A DNA stretch of 64,000 nucleotides from Alistipes sp. (lineage in GTDB: Bacteria > Bacteroidota > Bacteroidia > Bacteroidales > Rikenellaceae). Of this stretch, positions 41,586 to 51,529 are shown piece after piece. The notes under the pieces were generated by a model. That model was not told where the DNA came from, searched no databases, and saw nothing but the letters and a program-made list of their open reading frames with translations. Each line of letters opens with the position of its first letter. The first letter of the stretch is position 1. The translations under genes and the position numbers were made by a program. The DNA lies in contig JAGBWD010000012.1 of assembly GCA_017629985.1 (NCBI GenBank), positions 1,843-65,842 of the forward strand, in the 5' to 3' direction.

Positions 41586-42773
41586 ATGCTTAACGGAAAG
41601 CACATAATACTCGGTATTACAGGCAGCATAGCAGCTTATAAGGCGGCTATGCTGTGCCGTCTTTTAGTGAAGGAGGGTGCCGAGGTGCGTGTTATCATGA
41701 CACCTCTTGCAAAGCAGTTTATCACTCCTCTCACCATGGCGACCCTCTCGAAGCACCCTATTCTCGTTGAGTTCTTCAACCCCGAGAATGGAGAGTGGAA
41801 CTCTCATGTGTCGCTTGGTGAGTGGGCAGACCTGATGCTTATAGCACCTGCTACAGCTAATACCCTAGCCAAGATGGTCACAGGCATTGCCGACAATCTA
41901 CTCCTAACAACATATCTCTCGGCACGTGCGAAGGTTGCCGTAGCCCCAGCTATGGACCTTGATATGTATGCTCACGTAACAACACAGTCGAACATCAAGA
42001 CTCTCGCGGAGCGTGGTGTGGCAATCATAGAGCCAGAGGCCGGAGAGCTTGCTAGTGGTCTTATTGGTAAGGGACGCATGGCAGAGCCAGAGGAGATTGT
42101 TGAGCAGGTAAAGAGAATCCTTGCGCCACAAAAAAAAACTCTAGAGGGTAAGCACTATATTGTCACTGCAGGTGCCACTATCGAGGCTATAGACCCTGTG
42201 CGCTACATCACCAATCACTCATCGGGCAAGATGGGCTATGCCATTGCCGAGGAGCTTGCACAGCGTGGTGCAAAGGTCTCGCTAATCTCTGGTCGCACCT
42301 CGCTACCCACCCCTACGGGCGTGGAGCGTATAGATGTTCTCTCGGCAGAGGATATGTATAATGCTGCGGTGGAGGCTTGGCAGAGTGCCGATGGTGGCGT
42401 GATGTGTGCTGCGGTGGCTGACTATACCCCTATTTCTGTTGCCGACCATAAGTTGAAGAAGTCTGATGACGATATGTGCATCGCCCTAAAGCGCACCAAG
42501 GATATCGCCAAGGAGCTAGGTAGCACAAAGGGTGGCCGCACCCTTGTAGGCTTCGCCCTGGAGACAGACAACGAGGAGGCAAATGCCGAGGGTAAACTAG
42601 AGCGCAAAAACTTTGACTTTGTGGTACTCAACTCACTGCGTGATGCTGGCGCAGGATTCCGCGGAGATACAAATAAGGTGACTCTTATTGACCGCAATGG
42701 TCATGAGGAGCATCCTCTAATGTCGAAGGTAGAGGTTGCACGAGTTATTGTAGATAAGATTGAGAAATGCTAA
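41586..42773 (+). CDS. coaBC: phosphopantothenoylcysteine decarboxylase/synthetase
   Basis: GITGSIAAYK, APATANTLAK, TAGATIEAIDPVRYITNHSSGKMG, AAVADY, VGFALET. Confidence 0.96.
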   Translation: MLNGKHIILGITGSIAAYKAAMLCRLLVKEGAEVRVIMTPLAKQFITPLTMATLSKHPILVEFFNPENGEWNSHVSLGEWADLMLIAPATANTLAKMVTGIADNLLLTTYLSARAKVAVAPAMDLDMYAHVTTQSNIKTLAERGVAIIEPEAGELASGLIGKGRMAEPEEIVEQVKRILAPQKKTLEGKHYIVTAGATIEAIDPVRYITNHSSGKMGYAIAEELAQRGAKVSLISGRTSLPTPTGVERIDVLSAEDMYNAAVEAWQSADGGVMCAAVADYTPISVADHKLKKSDDDMCIALKRTKDIAKELGSTKGGRTLVGFALETDNEEANAEGKLERKNFDFVVLNSLRDAGAGFRGDTNKVTLIDRNGHEEHPLMSKVEVARVIVDKIEKC

Positions 42774-44407
42774 AGAGCTTAACGATAGAGAATTACGCGC
42801 TTATAGATAGTCTTGGCGTGGAGTGGGACAAGCACTTGAACATCATTACGGGTGAGACAGGTGCTGGTAAGTCTATACTCCTTGGTGCGCTAGGATTGTT
42901 GCTCGGCGCAAAGAACGAGGGCCAGGCTACAAAGGATATAGAGCGTAACTGTGTCGTGGAGGCTACATTTGACATCAAAGGTCTTAATCTCGAGTCATTT
43001 TTCGAGGATAACGACCTAGACTATTCTGATGAGATTACCATACGCCGTGTGATAACCCCGGCGGGTAAGAGCCGCTCCTTTGTGGATGATATGCCTGTAC
43101 AGCTATCAATCCTTAAGGAGCTAGGAGCCAAGGTTATAGATATTCACTCACAGCACCAGAATCTTATTCTTGGCAATGAGGAGTTTCGCATATCTACCAT
43201 TGATACCCTAGCTGAAAATAGGGCGTTGATGGATAACTACACCACCCTACTCTCAACGCTTACTGCTCTACGCTCACAACATCGCAAGATGGTGGAGGAT
43301 ATGGATGCTGCACGTAAAGATGAGGAGTGGCTACGATATACCGTTGAGGAGCTTCGTGCCGCAAAGCTCAAGGTGGGCGAAAAGGAGGAGGTAGAACAGC
43401 TCCTTGCGACATTGGAGAGTGCCGACCGCATCAGTGAGGCTCTCACAACACTACGCAACACCCTTGATGATGAGGAGCTTGGAGCGATATTGCTTCTCAC
43501 ACGCTCATCACGCGACTTGGAGGCTCTTGGTGACAAATATGCCGAGGGAAACTCCTTTGCAGAGCGCTTGAAGTCTGTGGTTGCGGAGTTGAAAGACTTG
43601 AGTAGCTATGCCGCCGATGAGGTAGAGCGCATCGATGCAGAGCCAGAGCGTATACAGCAGCTCGGCGATAGACTCAACACCATCTACTCGTTGGAGATGA
43701 AACATCGTGCCGAGTCGTATGATGATCTTCTCTCGAAGGCCGAGGCCTTTGAGGCGCGACTAGCAACAATAGATAATAGCGATAGCGAACTTAAGGCTCT
43801 AGAGGTAGCTATTCAGGAGGCAGAGAGCGAGTGTCATAACGCTGCAAAGATGCTTCATGATAGCCGCAAGAGCGTTATTCCTAGCTTCGAGGAGCGCATG
43901 GTAAAGACACTGCAGCTACTAGGTATGGAGGATGCTCAATTTGTGGTGAAGATAGAGCCTACGGAGCATTTTACACCCTATGGCACCGACAGCATCTCAT
44001 TCCTCTTCACATCAAATAAAACCACAAAGCCTGGCGCTGTAGAGCGCATAGCATCTGGAGGTGAGCTATCACGCATCATGCTGGTTATTAAGGTTATAAT
44101 AGCCGAAAAGAGGATGCTTCCTACGGTGATATTCGATGAGATTGACACTGGTGTATCGGGACGTATTGCTGATGCTATGGGAGATATTATCGCCAACCTA
44201 TCGCACTCTATGCAGATTATTGACATTACACACCTTCCGCAGGTAGCGGCAAAACATGGAAGCCATTTTGTCGTCTACAAGTCGGAGGGGCGTTCAAATA
44301 TACGTCTTCTAACAGCGGCGGAGCGCGTAGATGAGATTGCCACAATGATATCGGGCAACACGATTACAGATGCAGCTCGCAAACAAGCAAAAATCCTCTT
44401 GGCATAA
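42767..44407 (+). CDS. recN: DNA repair protein RecN
   Basis: ITGETGAGKS, DIHSQH, ASGGELSR, FDEIDTGVSG, ITHLPQVAA. Confidence 0.96.
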   Translation: MLKSLTIENYALIDSLGVEWDKHLNIITGETGAGKSILLGALGLLLGAKNEGQATKDIERNCVVEATFDIKGLNLESFFEDNDLDYSDEITIRRVITPAGKSRSFVDDMPVQLSILKELGAKVIDIHSQHQNLILGNEEFRISTIDTLAENRALMDNYTTLLSTLTALRSQHRKMVEDMDAARKDEEWLRYTVEELRAAKLKVGEKEEVEQLLATLESADRISEALTTLRNTLDDEELGAILLLTRSSRDLEALGDKYAEGNSFAERLKSVVAELKDLSSYAADEVERIDAEPERIQQLGDRLNTIYSLEMKHRAESYDDLLSKAEAFEARLATIDNSDSELKALEVAIQEAESECHNAAKMLHDSRKSVIPSFEERMVKTLQLLGMEDAQFVVKIEPTEHFTPYGTDSISFLFTSNKTTKPGAVERIASGGELSRIMLVIKVIIAEKRMLPTVIFDEIDTGVSGRIADAMGDIIANLSHSMQIIDITHLPQVAAKHGSHFVVYKSEGRSNIRLLTAAERVDEIATMISGNTITDAARKQAKILLA

Positions 44408-44422
44408 CCCAAGAGGATTTTT
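44389..44422. terminator. bidirectional terminator between recN and tsaB
   Basis: AAAAATCCTCTTGG-cataac-CCAAGAGGATTTTT; contains the recN stop. Confidence 0.8.
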
Positions 44423-44443
44423 AGTAACAGCTCCTAACCACAG

Positions 44444-45154
44444 TTATAGCAACTTCTTCTTTGAAGGAATAACAATAAAATCTTTAAGATAGAAAGGCTC
44501 AAAGTATGCCAAATCCTCAAATCTCCCCTCCGCAAACGCCTGCTCCGCAAGGCGAACTATACCTCTTGCCGATGGTGCTACACTGACAAGAATAGCATCC
44601 TTCAAAACATCAGCACACTTGGCAGCTCCATTACCAAAGATAACCAACTTACCCCTATTGCGCCACTCGCTAAAGCTCTCTGCCTCAATAATCTCGGCAG
44701 CTACATCCGACAGAGCATTGCCCGTGTTGTCAAACACCTGCGCATAGACCTCCATGCGGCGAGCATCAACCATAGGACAAAGATATCCATTAGCCCACTC
44801 CTCATCCTCTATATCGAGGATTCCAGCATCATAATCCTCGCGGGCCACCTCCATCATGGCATCCAGCGAACCCACTGCGATAAGGGGGATATCCAAGGCG
44901 TAACACATACCCTTGGCAAATGAGACTCCTATACGCAACCCCGTATACGACCCTGGGCCCTTACCCACGGCTATAGCATCAAGGTCTGCAGGCTGCACGC
45001 CTGTCTCCTTGAGTAATTCATCCACAAATACCGCAACCTTCTTGGCATGGTCACGTCCCTCATCGCTCTCGCGTAGGGCCATGAGTTCTCCATCGTTTGC
45101 CAAAGCCACGGAGCATATATCAGTACCTGTCTCGATAGAAAGTATTAGTGCCAT
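44444..45154 (-). CDS. tsaB: tRNA threonylcarbamoyladenosine biosynthesis protein TsaB
   Basis: ILSIET, GPGSYTGLRIG, DARRMEVY, EPFYLK. Confidence 0.94.
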   Translation of the reverse strand: MALILSIETGTDICSVALANDGELMALRESDEGRDHAKKVAVFVDELLKETGVQPADLDAIAVGKGPGSYTGLRIGVSFAKGMCYALDIPLIAVGSLDAMMEVAREDYDAGILDIEDEEWANGYLCPMVDARRMEVYAQVFDNTGNALSDVAAEIIEAESFSEWRNRGKLVIFGNGAAKCADVLKDAILVSVAPSARGIVRLAEQAFAEGRFEDLAYFEPFYLKDFIVIPSKKKLL

Positions 45155-45162
45155 ATATGAGT

Positions 45163-45624
45163 CTATTTATAAATCTTCATTGCCTTATCCATCTCGCGCT
45201 TCGCATCGTTCTCCTTGATATACTCACGCTTATCATAAGCCTTACGACCACGCGCCAAACCTATTGCAACCTTTGCCAAACCTCGCTCGGTGATAAATAG
45301 TCGTAGGCCAACTACCGTAAGACCTCTATCCTGCAACGAACGCTGCAACTTATCCAACTCCTTACGATTTAGGAGCAGCTTTCTATCGCGCTTTGGCACA
45401 TGGTTATTACATGTACCCCAGGTGTACTCCGCAATGTTCACATTGCGAATCCACAACTCGCCACGGTCAAAATAGCAATAGGAATCTACAAGCGATGCCT
45501 TACCTAGACGCAAAGACTTTATCTCGGTGCCAACAAGGACAATACCTGCTATATACTCCTCGATAATCTCGTAGTCGAATGTAGCACGCTTGTTTCGTAT
45601 ATTTACATTTTTATAATCTGCCAT
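45163..45624 (-). CDS. smpB: SsrA-binding protein
   Basis: [35 protein letters not shown]. Confidence 0.97.
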   Translation of the reverse strand: MADYKNVNIRNKRATFDYEIIEEYIAGIVLVGTEIKSLRLGKASLVDSYCYFDRGELWIRNVNIAEYTWGTCNNHVPKRDRKLLLNRKELDKLQRSLQDRGLTVVGLRLFITERGLAKVAIGLARGRKAYDKREYIKENDAKREMDKAMKIYK

Positions 45625-45666
45625 AACATTCGTATAATCTACCTTTTCTCCTCACACCCATCTTTT

Positions 45667-45682
45667 CGGCACATCTTTTGCC
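45667..45682 (+). promoter_or_regulatory. sigma54 promoter for the candidate sRNA
   Basis: CGGCACATCTTTTGCC (GG-N10-GC); predicted +1 near 45693. Confidence 0.55.
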
Positions 45683-45692
45683 ACGCTGTGAT

Positions 45693-45820
45693 ATGGGTGG
45701 ACCGGGATAAAGGTAACTAATTCTTTTATCTTTGATATGTTTTACACATCTTTTAAGTTTATTTTCTGTTTGCACACCGCGAGCGTAGTGATACGTTAGC
45801 AACCCGGGCCACCCTTTTTT
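45693..45820 (+). ncRNA. candidate structured sRNA antisense within the dnaG-smpB spacer
   Basis: Closing stem GGGTGGACCGGG/CCCGGGCCACCC, internal hairpins including a GTGA tetraloop, T6 tail, matching upstream promoter. Confidence 0.55.
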
Positions 45821-47810
45821 ATATCAATCGCCCCGACACCTTGGCTATCGCCACACGTGCAGCTTGATACTTCGTAAATAGGGCTAATACCCCCTCATGG
45901 TCATCTCCAGCAGCCATACGCGCCTTTAGCTCTGCGATGCGCTTATCCAACGTGCGCCACTTATACAACACCATAGCCTTTGGCACGCCCTCTGCAAGTT
46001 GCTCCTCCGCACTCTCGATATGCACCTCTTTCTGCTCCCATATCTTGCTAATCACATAGTTATCATCTGATGTTAATAGCTCTATGCTCACACGACTGAC
46101 ATCGGGGTCGTAGTGGTTGATAAATATGTGCATTGGCACCTCCACGCCCTCACCGCGTTCGTTCCACTCCTCGCGATACAACTCCACTATTTTGCGGTAT
46201 ACGACAGAGTCAAACTGCAACTCATCGCCATCTAACTCATCAAAGATGAACCTTGCAACGTTAAACTCCAACACATCCTTGCCATCGAGAACCTCATAAT
46301 TGACATGACCATACTTTATGAGGTATTTTGTCAATTCTTGCTCCAGCGTATCGAGTGATGAGCCACCTGTAATCTCTCCCGCAGGCAATACCACGCTAGG
46401 TGTTTCTGGTGGTGTCACCGTAAGGGATGAGGGTGTAGCTTGTTGTCTATCTCTATGCTGCTGACGGCGAAGGAAATCCTGGGTCTCACTATCACCTCCC
46501 ACACCATCTATCTTGCGGGCAACAGCCACAGCAAGCGTCTGCTGGTCTACATTCATAATCTCCGCACAGTAGCGAATATACTCCGAGCGCTTTATCTGAT
46601 CGGGGATGAGCGATATGGAGTATACCATGTCGTTGATAGCATCGGTACGCTTCAGTGGGTCATTAGTGGCCTCACCTAGCAACAGTCGTGCCTTGAAGGC
46701 TAGGAAATCCTGTGCATTATCCTTGATATACTCTCGTAGCTGCTCCGAGCTATTTGCTCGTGCAAAGGTATCGGGGTCATGCTCCTCGGGAAGTAGCACG
46801 ATACGAACATTCATACCCTCCTTAAGGATGAGATCTACGCCACGTAGAGCAGCCTTCACACCAGCGCTATCACCATCAAACATAAGCGTTATGTTATTGG
46901 TGAAACGACCTATGAGGCGTATCTGCTCCTCGGTGAGCGAGGTTCCCGAAGATGCTACAACATTCTCCACACCAGCCTGATGCATAGATATAACATCGGC
47001 ATATCCCTCTACGAGTATTGCGGCATCCTGCTGGCTTATAGCCTTTTTTGCGAAGTAGAGACCATAGACCTCTCTGCGCTTGTTGTATATCTCACTCTCT
47101 GGGGAGTTCTGATACTTTGCCACCTTCTTATCGGTGCGCAGGGTACGACCTCCAAAGCCGACAACGCGACCCGAGATGTTATGTATAGGGAAGATTACTC
47201 TATCGTAAAATCTATCGCGCAACGCGCCATCGCTCTCGCGTGCGATGCTCAATCCTGTTGATAGTAGATACTCTTGCTTATATCCTGCCAAACGTGCCTC
47301 CTCGGAGAAACGTGCGCCATTAGAGGGACAAAAGCCAAGGCCAAAGCGACTTATGGTGGCATCCGTGAATCCACGCAATGATGAGAAGTAGGAGAGACCT
47401 ACGCTACGCCCCTCATCCTCATACATCATGTATCGCTGAAAATACTCCGCAGCCCACGCATTGAGAGCAAACATACTCTCACGGGTGTTGTTGCGAGCCA
47501 TCTCCTCGTCCGTCATCTTCTCCTCACGCACCTCAATACCATAGCGTTTTGCGATGATGCGGAGCGCCTCGGGATAGGTAGCATTCTCGCTCTCCATCAC
47601 GAAGTTTATGGCATTACCACTCTTTCCGCAACCAAAACACTTGTATATACCTCGTGCTGGAGATACCTTGAACGATGGTGTTTTCTCCTGATGAAAAGGG
47701 CAACAAGCCTCATAGTTTATACCCTTACGACGAAGCGTGACATAGTCGCCGACAATATCTACGATATTGGCAGCAGCGTATATCCTATCTATGGTTTCAC
47801 GATCAATCAT
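45819..47810 (-). CDS. dnaG: DNA primase
   Basis: CPFHQEKTPSF...YKCFGCG zinc finger, GFGGR, KYQNSPE, VEGYADV, FDGDSAG TOPRIM. Confidence 0.97.
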   Translation of the reverse strand: MIDRETIDRIYAAANIVDIVGDYVTLRRKGINYEACCPFHQEKTPSFKVSPARGIYKCFGCGKSGNAINFVMESENATYPEALRIIAKRYGIEVREEKMTDEEMARNNTRESMFALNAWAAEYFQRYMMYEDEGRSVGLSYFSSLRGFTDATISRFGLGFCPSNGARFSEEARLAGYKQEYLLSTGLSIARESDGALRDRFYDRVIFPIHNISGRVVGFGGRTLRTDKKVAKYQNSPESEIYNKRREVYGLYFAKKAISQQDAAILVEGYADVISMHQAGVENVVASSGTSLTEEQIRLIGRFTNNITLMFDGDSAGVKAALRGVDLILKEGMNVRIVLLPEEHDPDTFARANSSEQLREYIKDNAQDFLAFKARLLLGEATNDPLKRTDAINDMVYSISLIPDQIKRSEYIRYCAEIMNVDQQTLAVAVARKIDGVGGDSETQDFLRRQQHRDRQQATPSSLTVTPPETPSVVLPAGEITGGSSLDTLEQELTKYLIKYGHVNYEVLDGKDVLEFNVARFIFDELDGDELQFDSVVYRKIVELYREEWNERGEGVEVPMHIFINHYDPDVSRVSIELLTSDDNYVISKIWEQKEVHIESAEEQLAEGVPKAMVLYKWRTLDKRIAELKARMAAGDDHEGVLALFTKYQAARVAIAKVSGRLI

Positions 47811-47904
47811 CGCGCAAATATATAAAAAAAGTGTGAATATGAAAAGCTTTTTCGAGGCTTCACGAGAACCAAGAGGCAGATAATAGAGATATAGAGCATC
47901 TATA

Positions 47905-48498
47905 TTATAGAATTCCTGCTTTATAGTATTTTACTATCTCTTCCAAAACTTCATCTTCGCCCTCGGGGTCATACTCTAGTTTCAGGTCATTACCAAAGAG
48001 CTTGGCTATCATCTGATAAAATCCCGCTGTAAAGCCCGAGCGGAAATCCTTTATTATGTTGAACGCCGTGTGGTTTGTCTCCCTATCTATAAGCTTTAGA
48101 AGAATCACACCCTCGTAGCGCGTCATCTTCCACAACATTGGCGATATCTCCTCCTTTAGGGCATCCTCAATAGCCTTGGTATAGGCCCTCTTATCCTTGC
48201 GCTTGTCATACTTTGCAAGCTCCGCATCTAGATTCTCCATGCGTTTTGATGCCTCTATAGCCAAAGGATAGACCTTCTTCACGGCACGCACCATACGCTG
48301 ATACTCCCTCAAATCGCGCTTACGATGAAAGATGCGAACCTCCTGAAGATTGATGTACAATATCCTCTCACCATTTCTGTCATATCCCCAATATATACTT
48401 CTCGCCCCGCGTATAGGTCTATATCGCTGCGCAGAGGTATACTCCACATCAGCGATAATGGTTAAAACCACAAGAAGTATAATATGTAGAAATTTCAT
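47905..48498 (-). CDS. DUF4294 family protein
   Basis: VKKVYP.A, G.ILLKLIDRET, LFGNDLK..YDPEGED..LE. Confidence 0.8.
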   Translation of the reverse strand: MKFLHIILLVVLTIIADVEYTSAQRYRPIRGARSIYWGYDRNGERILYINLQEVRIFHRKRDLREYQRMVRAVKKVYPLAIEASKRMENLDAELAKYDKRKDKRAYTKAIEDALKEEISPMLWKMTRYEGVILLKLIDRETNHTAFNIIKDFRSGFTAGFYQMIAKLFGNDLKLEYDPEGEDEVLEEIVKYYKAGIL

Positions 48499-48588
48499 AG
48501 TACAAATATAACGATTTTACAGCTATAAAATTATCTTTTTCAAAATTTATTTTTATCTTTGTAAGAGTAAATTTATAATTATTGAATT

Positions 48589-48960
48589 ATGTTGGAGATT
48601 GGTATTAAGCACCAGAGCGTGATGCGCGTCATGGATGGCAACACTGCAGAGTTTATAGGATCTGGCGATATGGCTGTTTTGGCAACACCAGCAATGGTAG
48701 CCCTCATGGAGAATGCAGCCATGCTAGCTGTGGCTCTACACCTCGAGGAGGGGGAGACCACCGTAGGATCTATGATATCTACATCGCACCTAAAGCCGTC
48801 AAAGATAGGCGCTTCGATAAGTGCAGTAGCAGAGCTTACGGCGATTGAAGGTCGCAAGCTATCGTTCAAAATTTCGGCTTATGATGGCGACACACTAATT
48901 GGCGAGGGTGAGCATGTTCGCTTCATTGTGAACCGCGAGAAGTTCTTGAGTAAATTATAG
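48589..48960 (+). CDS. fluoroacetyl-CoA thioesterase (FlK)-like hotdog thioesterase
   Basis: GSGDMAVLATPAMVALMENAA, TVG....SHLKP, IGEGEHVRF. Confidence 0.88.
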   Translation: MLEIGIKHQSVMRVMDGNTAEFIGSGDMAVLATPAMVALMENAAMLAVALHLEEGETTVGSMISTSHLKPSKIGASISAVAELTAIEGRKLSFKISAYDGDTLIGEGEHVRFIVNREKFLSKL

Positions 48961-48972
48961 ACGCTACAGGAC

Positions 48973-49074
48973 AAAAAAAAGCCAGTGTGCTCCCCCATAA
49001 TCCTAACAATCATTACCCAAATGAAAAAACTCATCAACCCGATTGAAGGATATAACACACTGGCTAAAATTCCT
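48973..49074 (-). ncRNA. candidate sRNA divergent from the AraC gene
   Basis: Minus-strand TACTTTTG at 49079-49086; perfect 10-bp closing stem AGCCAGTGTG/CACACTGGCT; U8 tail. Confidence 0.5.
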
Positions 49075-49116
49075 GGCGCAAAAGTAGGATATACAGCTAT
49101 TCTACACAATAGATAA

Positions 49117-49146
49117 TTTACTGAAAAAATTACCTATTTTACTGAA
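49117..49146. promoter_or_regulatory. direct repeat TTTACTGAA x2 with 21-bp period, candidate AraC-family operator
   Basis: Copies at 49117-49125 and 49138-49146. Confidence 0.45.
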
Positions 49147-49194
49147 GGTAAATCTTTTTAGCAGATTTGCCTTTGGTACAAAAGTGATGAGGCT

Positions 49195-50088
49195 ATGAAA
49201 CAGGGGGATAACTATCTAAAATTGACAAGTGTTGAGGATGGTAACAACTATTTTGGTTACACTACTTATCATCCTCAAGTGAGTGTCATTAACCTTAACG
49301 AAATTAATACCATAAGGAACTCTCCAAAGATATTTGGCATCTATGTCATAGCTTGCTATTGGGACCATACAACTCCATCAGAGAATGAGGAATACAACTC
49401 TTTCATGATGTTTTATGCTCCAGGACAATATGGCAAAAACAACACTGGAGTAAGCCATAATCCCACAGGATATGTATTGATGTTTGACGAAGAGTTACTA
49501 CAAGACACCCTTCTACACAACAAGATTCGCGAATTTCCGTTTTTCAGCAACTACAAAAACAATATCATCAGGCTCACATGCGAGGAGCGTGAGTTGGTAG
49601 TAAACTGCATGCGAAGCATCCTAGAGGAGATAAAAAACCCTATGGACAAATACTCGGCACACATCCTAGCCTCGGGAATTGCCGTTCTTTTAACTATCAG
49701 CATGCGCTACTACGAGCGACAAGTGCAGCGCACAAGTGGCACAGCATATAACATCATCACTCGCCTAAACAATATTCTCGATAGATATATCCACACTCCG
49801 CCGAGCATCGACAAGGAGATACCAACCGTGTCGTCATGTGCCTTGGAGTTGGGCATCTCGGCAAACTACCTTGGCGATGTTGTTCACAACACCATCAAGA
49901 TCTCTGCACACAGCTACATACAGAGCTTCATCATTGGTGAGGCAAAGCGACTTATGGAGTTTACCACAATGAGCATCGGAGAGATTGCATACCACCTAGG
50001 CTTCAAGTACCCCCACCACCTGACACGTGTTTTCAAGAAGAGTACAGGACTCACTCCTGGACAATTTCGTGGCAAACGAACAAAATAA
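49195..50088 (+). CDS. AraC family transcriptional regulator
   Basis: HPQVSVINL N-domain; PTV..CALELGISANYLGD; EIAYHLGFKYPHHLTRVFKKSTGLTP. Confidence 0.93.
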   Translation: MKQGDNYLKLTSVEDGNNYFGYTTYHPQVSVINLNEINTIRNSPKIFGIYVIACYWDHTTPSENEEYNSFMMFYAPGQYGKNNTGVSHNPTGYVLMFDEELLQDTLLHNKIREFPFFSNYKNNIIRLTCEERELVVNCMRSILEEIKNPMDKYSAHILASGIAVLLTISMRYYERQVQRTSGTAYNIITRLNNILDRYIHTPPSIDKEIPTVSSCALELGISANYLGDVVHNTIKISAHSYIQSFIIGEAKRLMEFTTMSIGEIAYHLGFKYPHHLTRVFKKSTGLTPGQFRGKRTK

Positions 50089-50172
50089 TAGATTCATAAA
50101 GGGCCAAACATAGTAAAAAATTTTGCTGTTTCAAATCTTTACACTATATTTGCACCGCTTACGAGCAACGAT

Positions 50173-50246
50173 TGAGCTATGGTGTAACGGTAACACAGCA
50201 GATTTTGGTTCTGTTATTCTGAGTTCGAATCTCGGTAGCTCAACCA
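50173..50246 (+). tRNA. tRNA-Gln(TTG)
   Basis: TGAGCTA acceptor, GCAGA-TTTTGGT-TCTGT anticodon arm, GTTCGAAT, CCA; TATATTTG promoter at 50145-50152. Confidence 0.95.
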
Positions 50247-50335
50247 CAAAATTTCCGGCAGGCTTTTGCTTGTCGGATTTTTTTTATATCTTTGGGTTTA
50301 AATATGTAAATTTAAATATATAAACATATACTAAT

Positions 50336-51256
50336 ATGGCAGCTTTCCCAATCGAGAATAAACTTGTTGTAGCAGTATCGTCATCTGCGCTTTTTGACCT
50401 TACGGAGTGTGATAAGGTGTTTAATGAGCGTGGCCTTGATGAGTACCGCCGCTACCAGGAGGAGAATATAGATACCCCACTAGGCAAAGGCGTTGCCTTT
50501 CCCTTTGTCAAGCGACTATTAAGCTTCAACGAACTCTTCCCAGAGGAGATGCCTGTAGAGGTAGTACTCCTATCGCGCAACTCCCCCGAGACTGGACTTC
50601 GCGTATTTCGCACCATAAAGCATTACGGCCTAGATATCTCACGAGCCTCATTTTTCTCGGGCGAATCACCCTATAAGTATCTCCCAGCGTTCAACGCCTC
50701 TCTGTTCCTGTCGGCTTCGGAGCGCGATGTTAAGCGTGCCTGCGATGCGGGATATGCTGCAGGCCGAGTTCTCGAGAGTGAGGTTTTGGATGATGTGTAC
50801 GACAATGAGCTACGCATAGCATTTGATTTCGATGGTGTGATTGCCGATGACGACAGCGAGAAGATATATCAGGAGCAGGGACTCAAGGCCTTCCACAAAC
50901 ACGAGGCATCGACACAAACACCCCTCGACCCAGGGCCGTTGGCTGACCTACTCATCAAAATCTCAAACCTACAACGCCTTGAGATAGAGCGCATGGCAAG
51001 CGATGCGGAGTATCACCGAAAGCTCAAGATATCGATAGTTACGGCACGTAACGCCCCTGCCCACGAGCGCGTGGTGAACACCCTGAAGAGCTGGGGTGTG
51101 GAGGTTACCGAGGCATTCTTCTTGGGTGGCATATCCAAGGATCGTGTGCTAGAGATTATGTCTCCACACATCTTCTTTGACGACCAGATGAAGCACCTCG
51201 ACCATCTACGCAACGTACCAGCGGTACATATCCCTATGGGCATTGCAAATGAGTAG
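50336..51256 (+). CDS. 5'-nucleotidase (PF06189 type)
   Basis: LVVAVSSSALFDL, LSRNSPETGLR, LRIAFDFDGV, VTARNAPAHER, PHIFFDDQ. Confidence 0.88.
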   Translation: MAAFPIENKLVVAVSSSALFDLTECDKVFNERGLDEYRRYQEENIDTPLGKGVAFPFVKRLLSFNELFPEEMPVEVVLLSRNSPETGLRVFRTIKHYGLDISRASFFSGESPYKYLPAFNASLFLSASERDVKRACDAGYAAGRVLESEVLDDVYDNELRIAFDFDGVIADDDSEKIYQEQGLKAFHKHEASTQTPLDPGPLADLLIKISNLQRLEIERMASDAEYHRKLKISIVTARNAPAHERVVNTLKSWGVEVTEAFFLGGISKDRVLEIMSPHIFFDDQMKHLDHLRNVPAVHIPMGIANE

Positions 51257-51259
51257 CCG

Positions 51260-51529
51260 ATGAGGGAGCTTTTCGTAGGTATCATAACAGATATTCGTGC
51301 TTTTTTAGCCAAGCTATCATTCCGTACGGGCATGATAATATTGCTGTTGTGCATACCCTTCTACGTTCTCTCCTTTGCGCAGATGCTTCTCCCACTATCG
51401 CCCACAGCAAAGAGCATATTATGGGTACTCTTTTTTGGTTTAGCCAAGGCTACTCAATATGCTGGTTTAGCGATAATTGGGGTGGAGGGTTGGCGAAGAA
51501 TTAAAGGGTGGTTCACAAATAAACAATAG
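51260..51529 (+). CDS. small two-TM membrane protein
   Basis: Hydrophobic helices, LFFGLAKATQYAGLAIIG.EG. Confidence 0.7.
   Translation: MRELFVGIITDIRAFLAKLSFRTGMIILLLCIPFYVLSFAQMLLPLSPTAKSILWVLFFGLAKATQYAGLAIIGVEGWRRIKGWFTNKQ

Noticed and set aside
45611-45802. 63-aa minus-strand ORF between dnaG and smpB
   Set aside because: TTG start, overlaps the smpB start and has no recognisable motif; the structured-RNA explanation fits better
45693-45820. tmRNA next to smpB
   Set aside because: Far too short, and lacks the tRNA-like GGGG...TTCGA...CCA ends and a tag ORF
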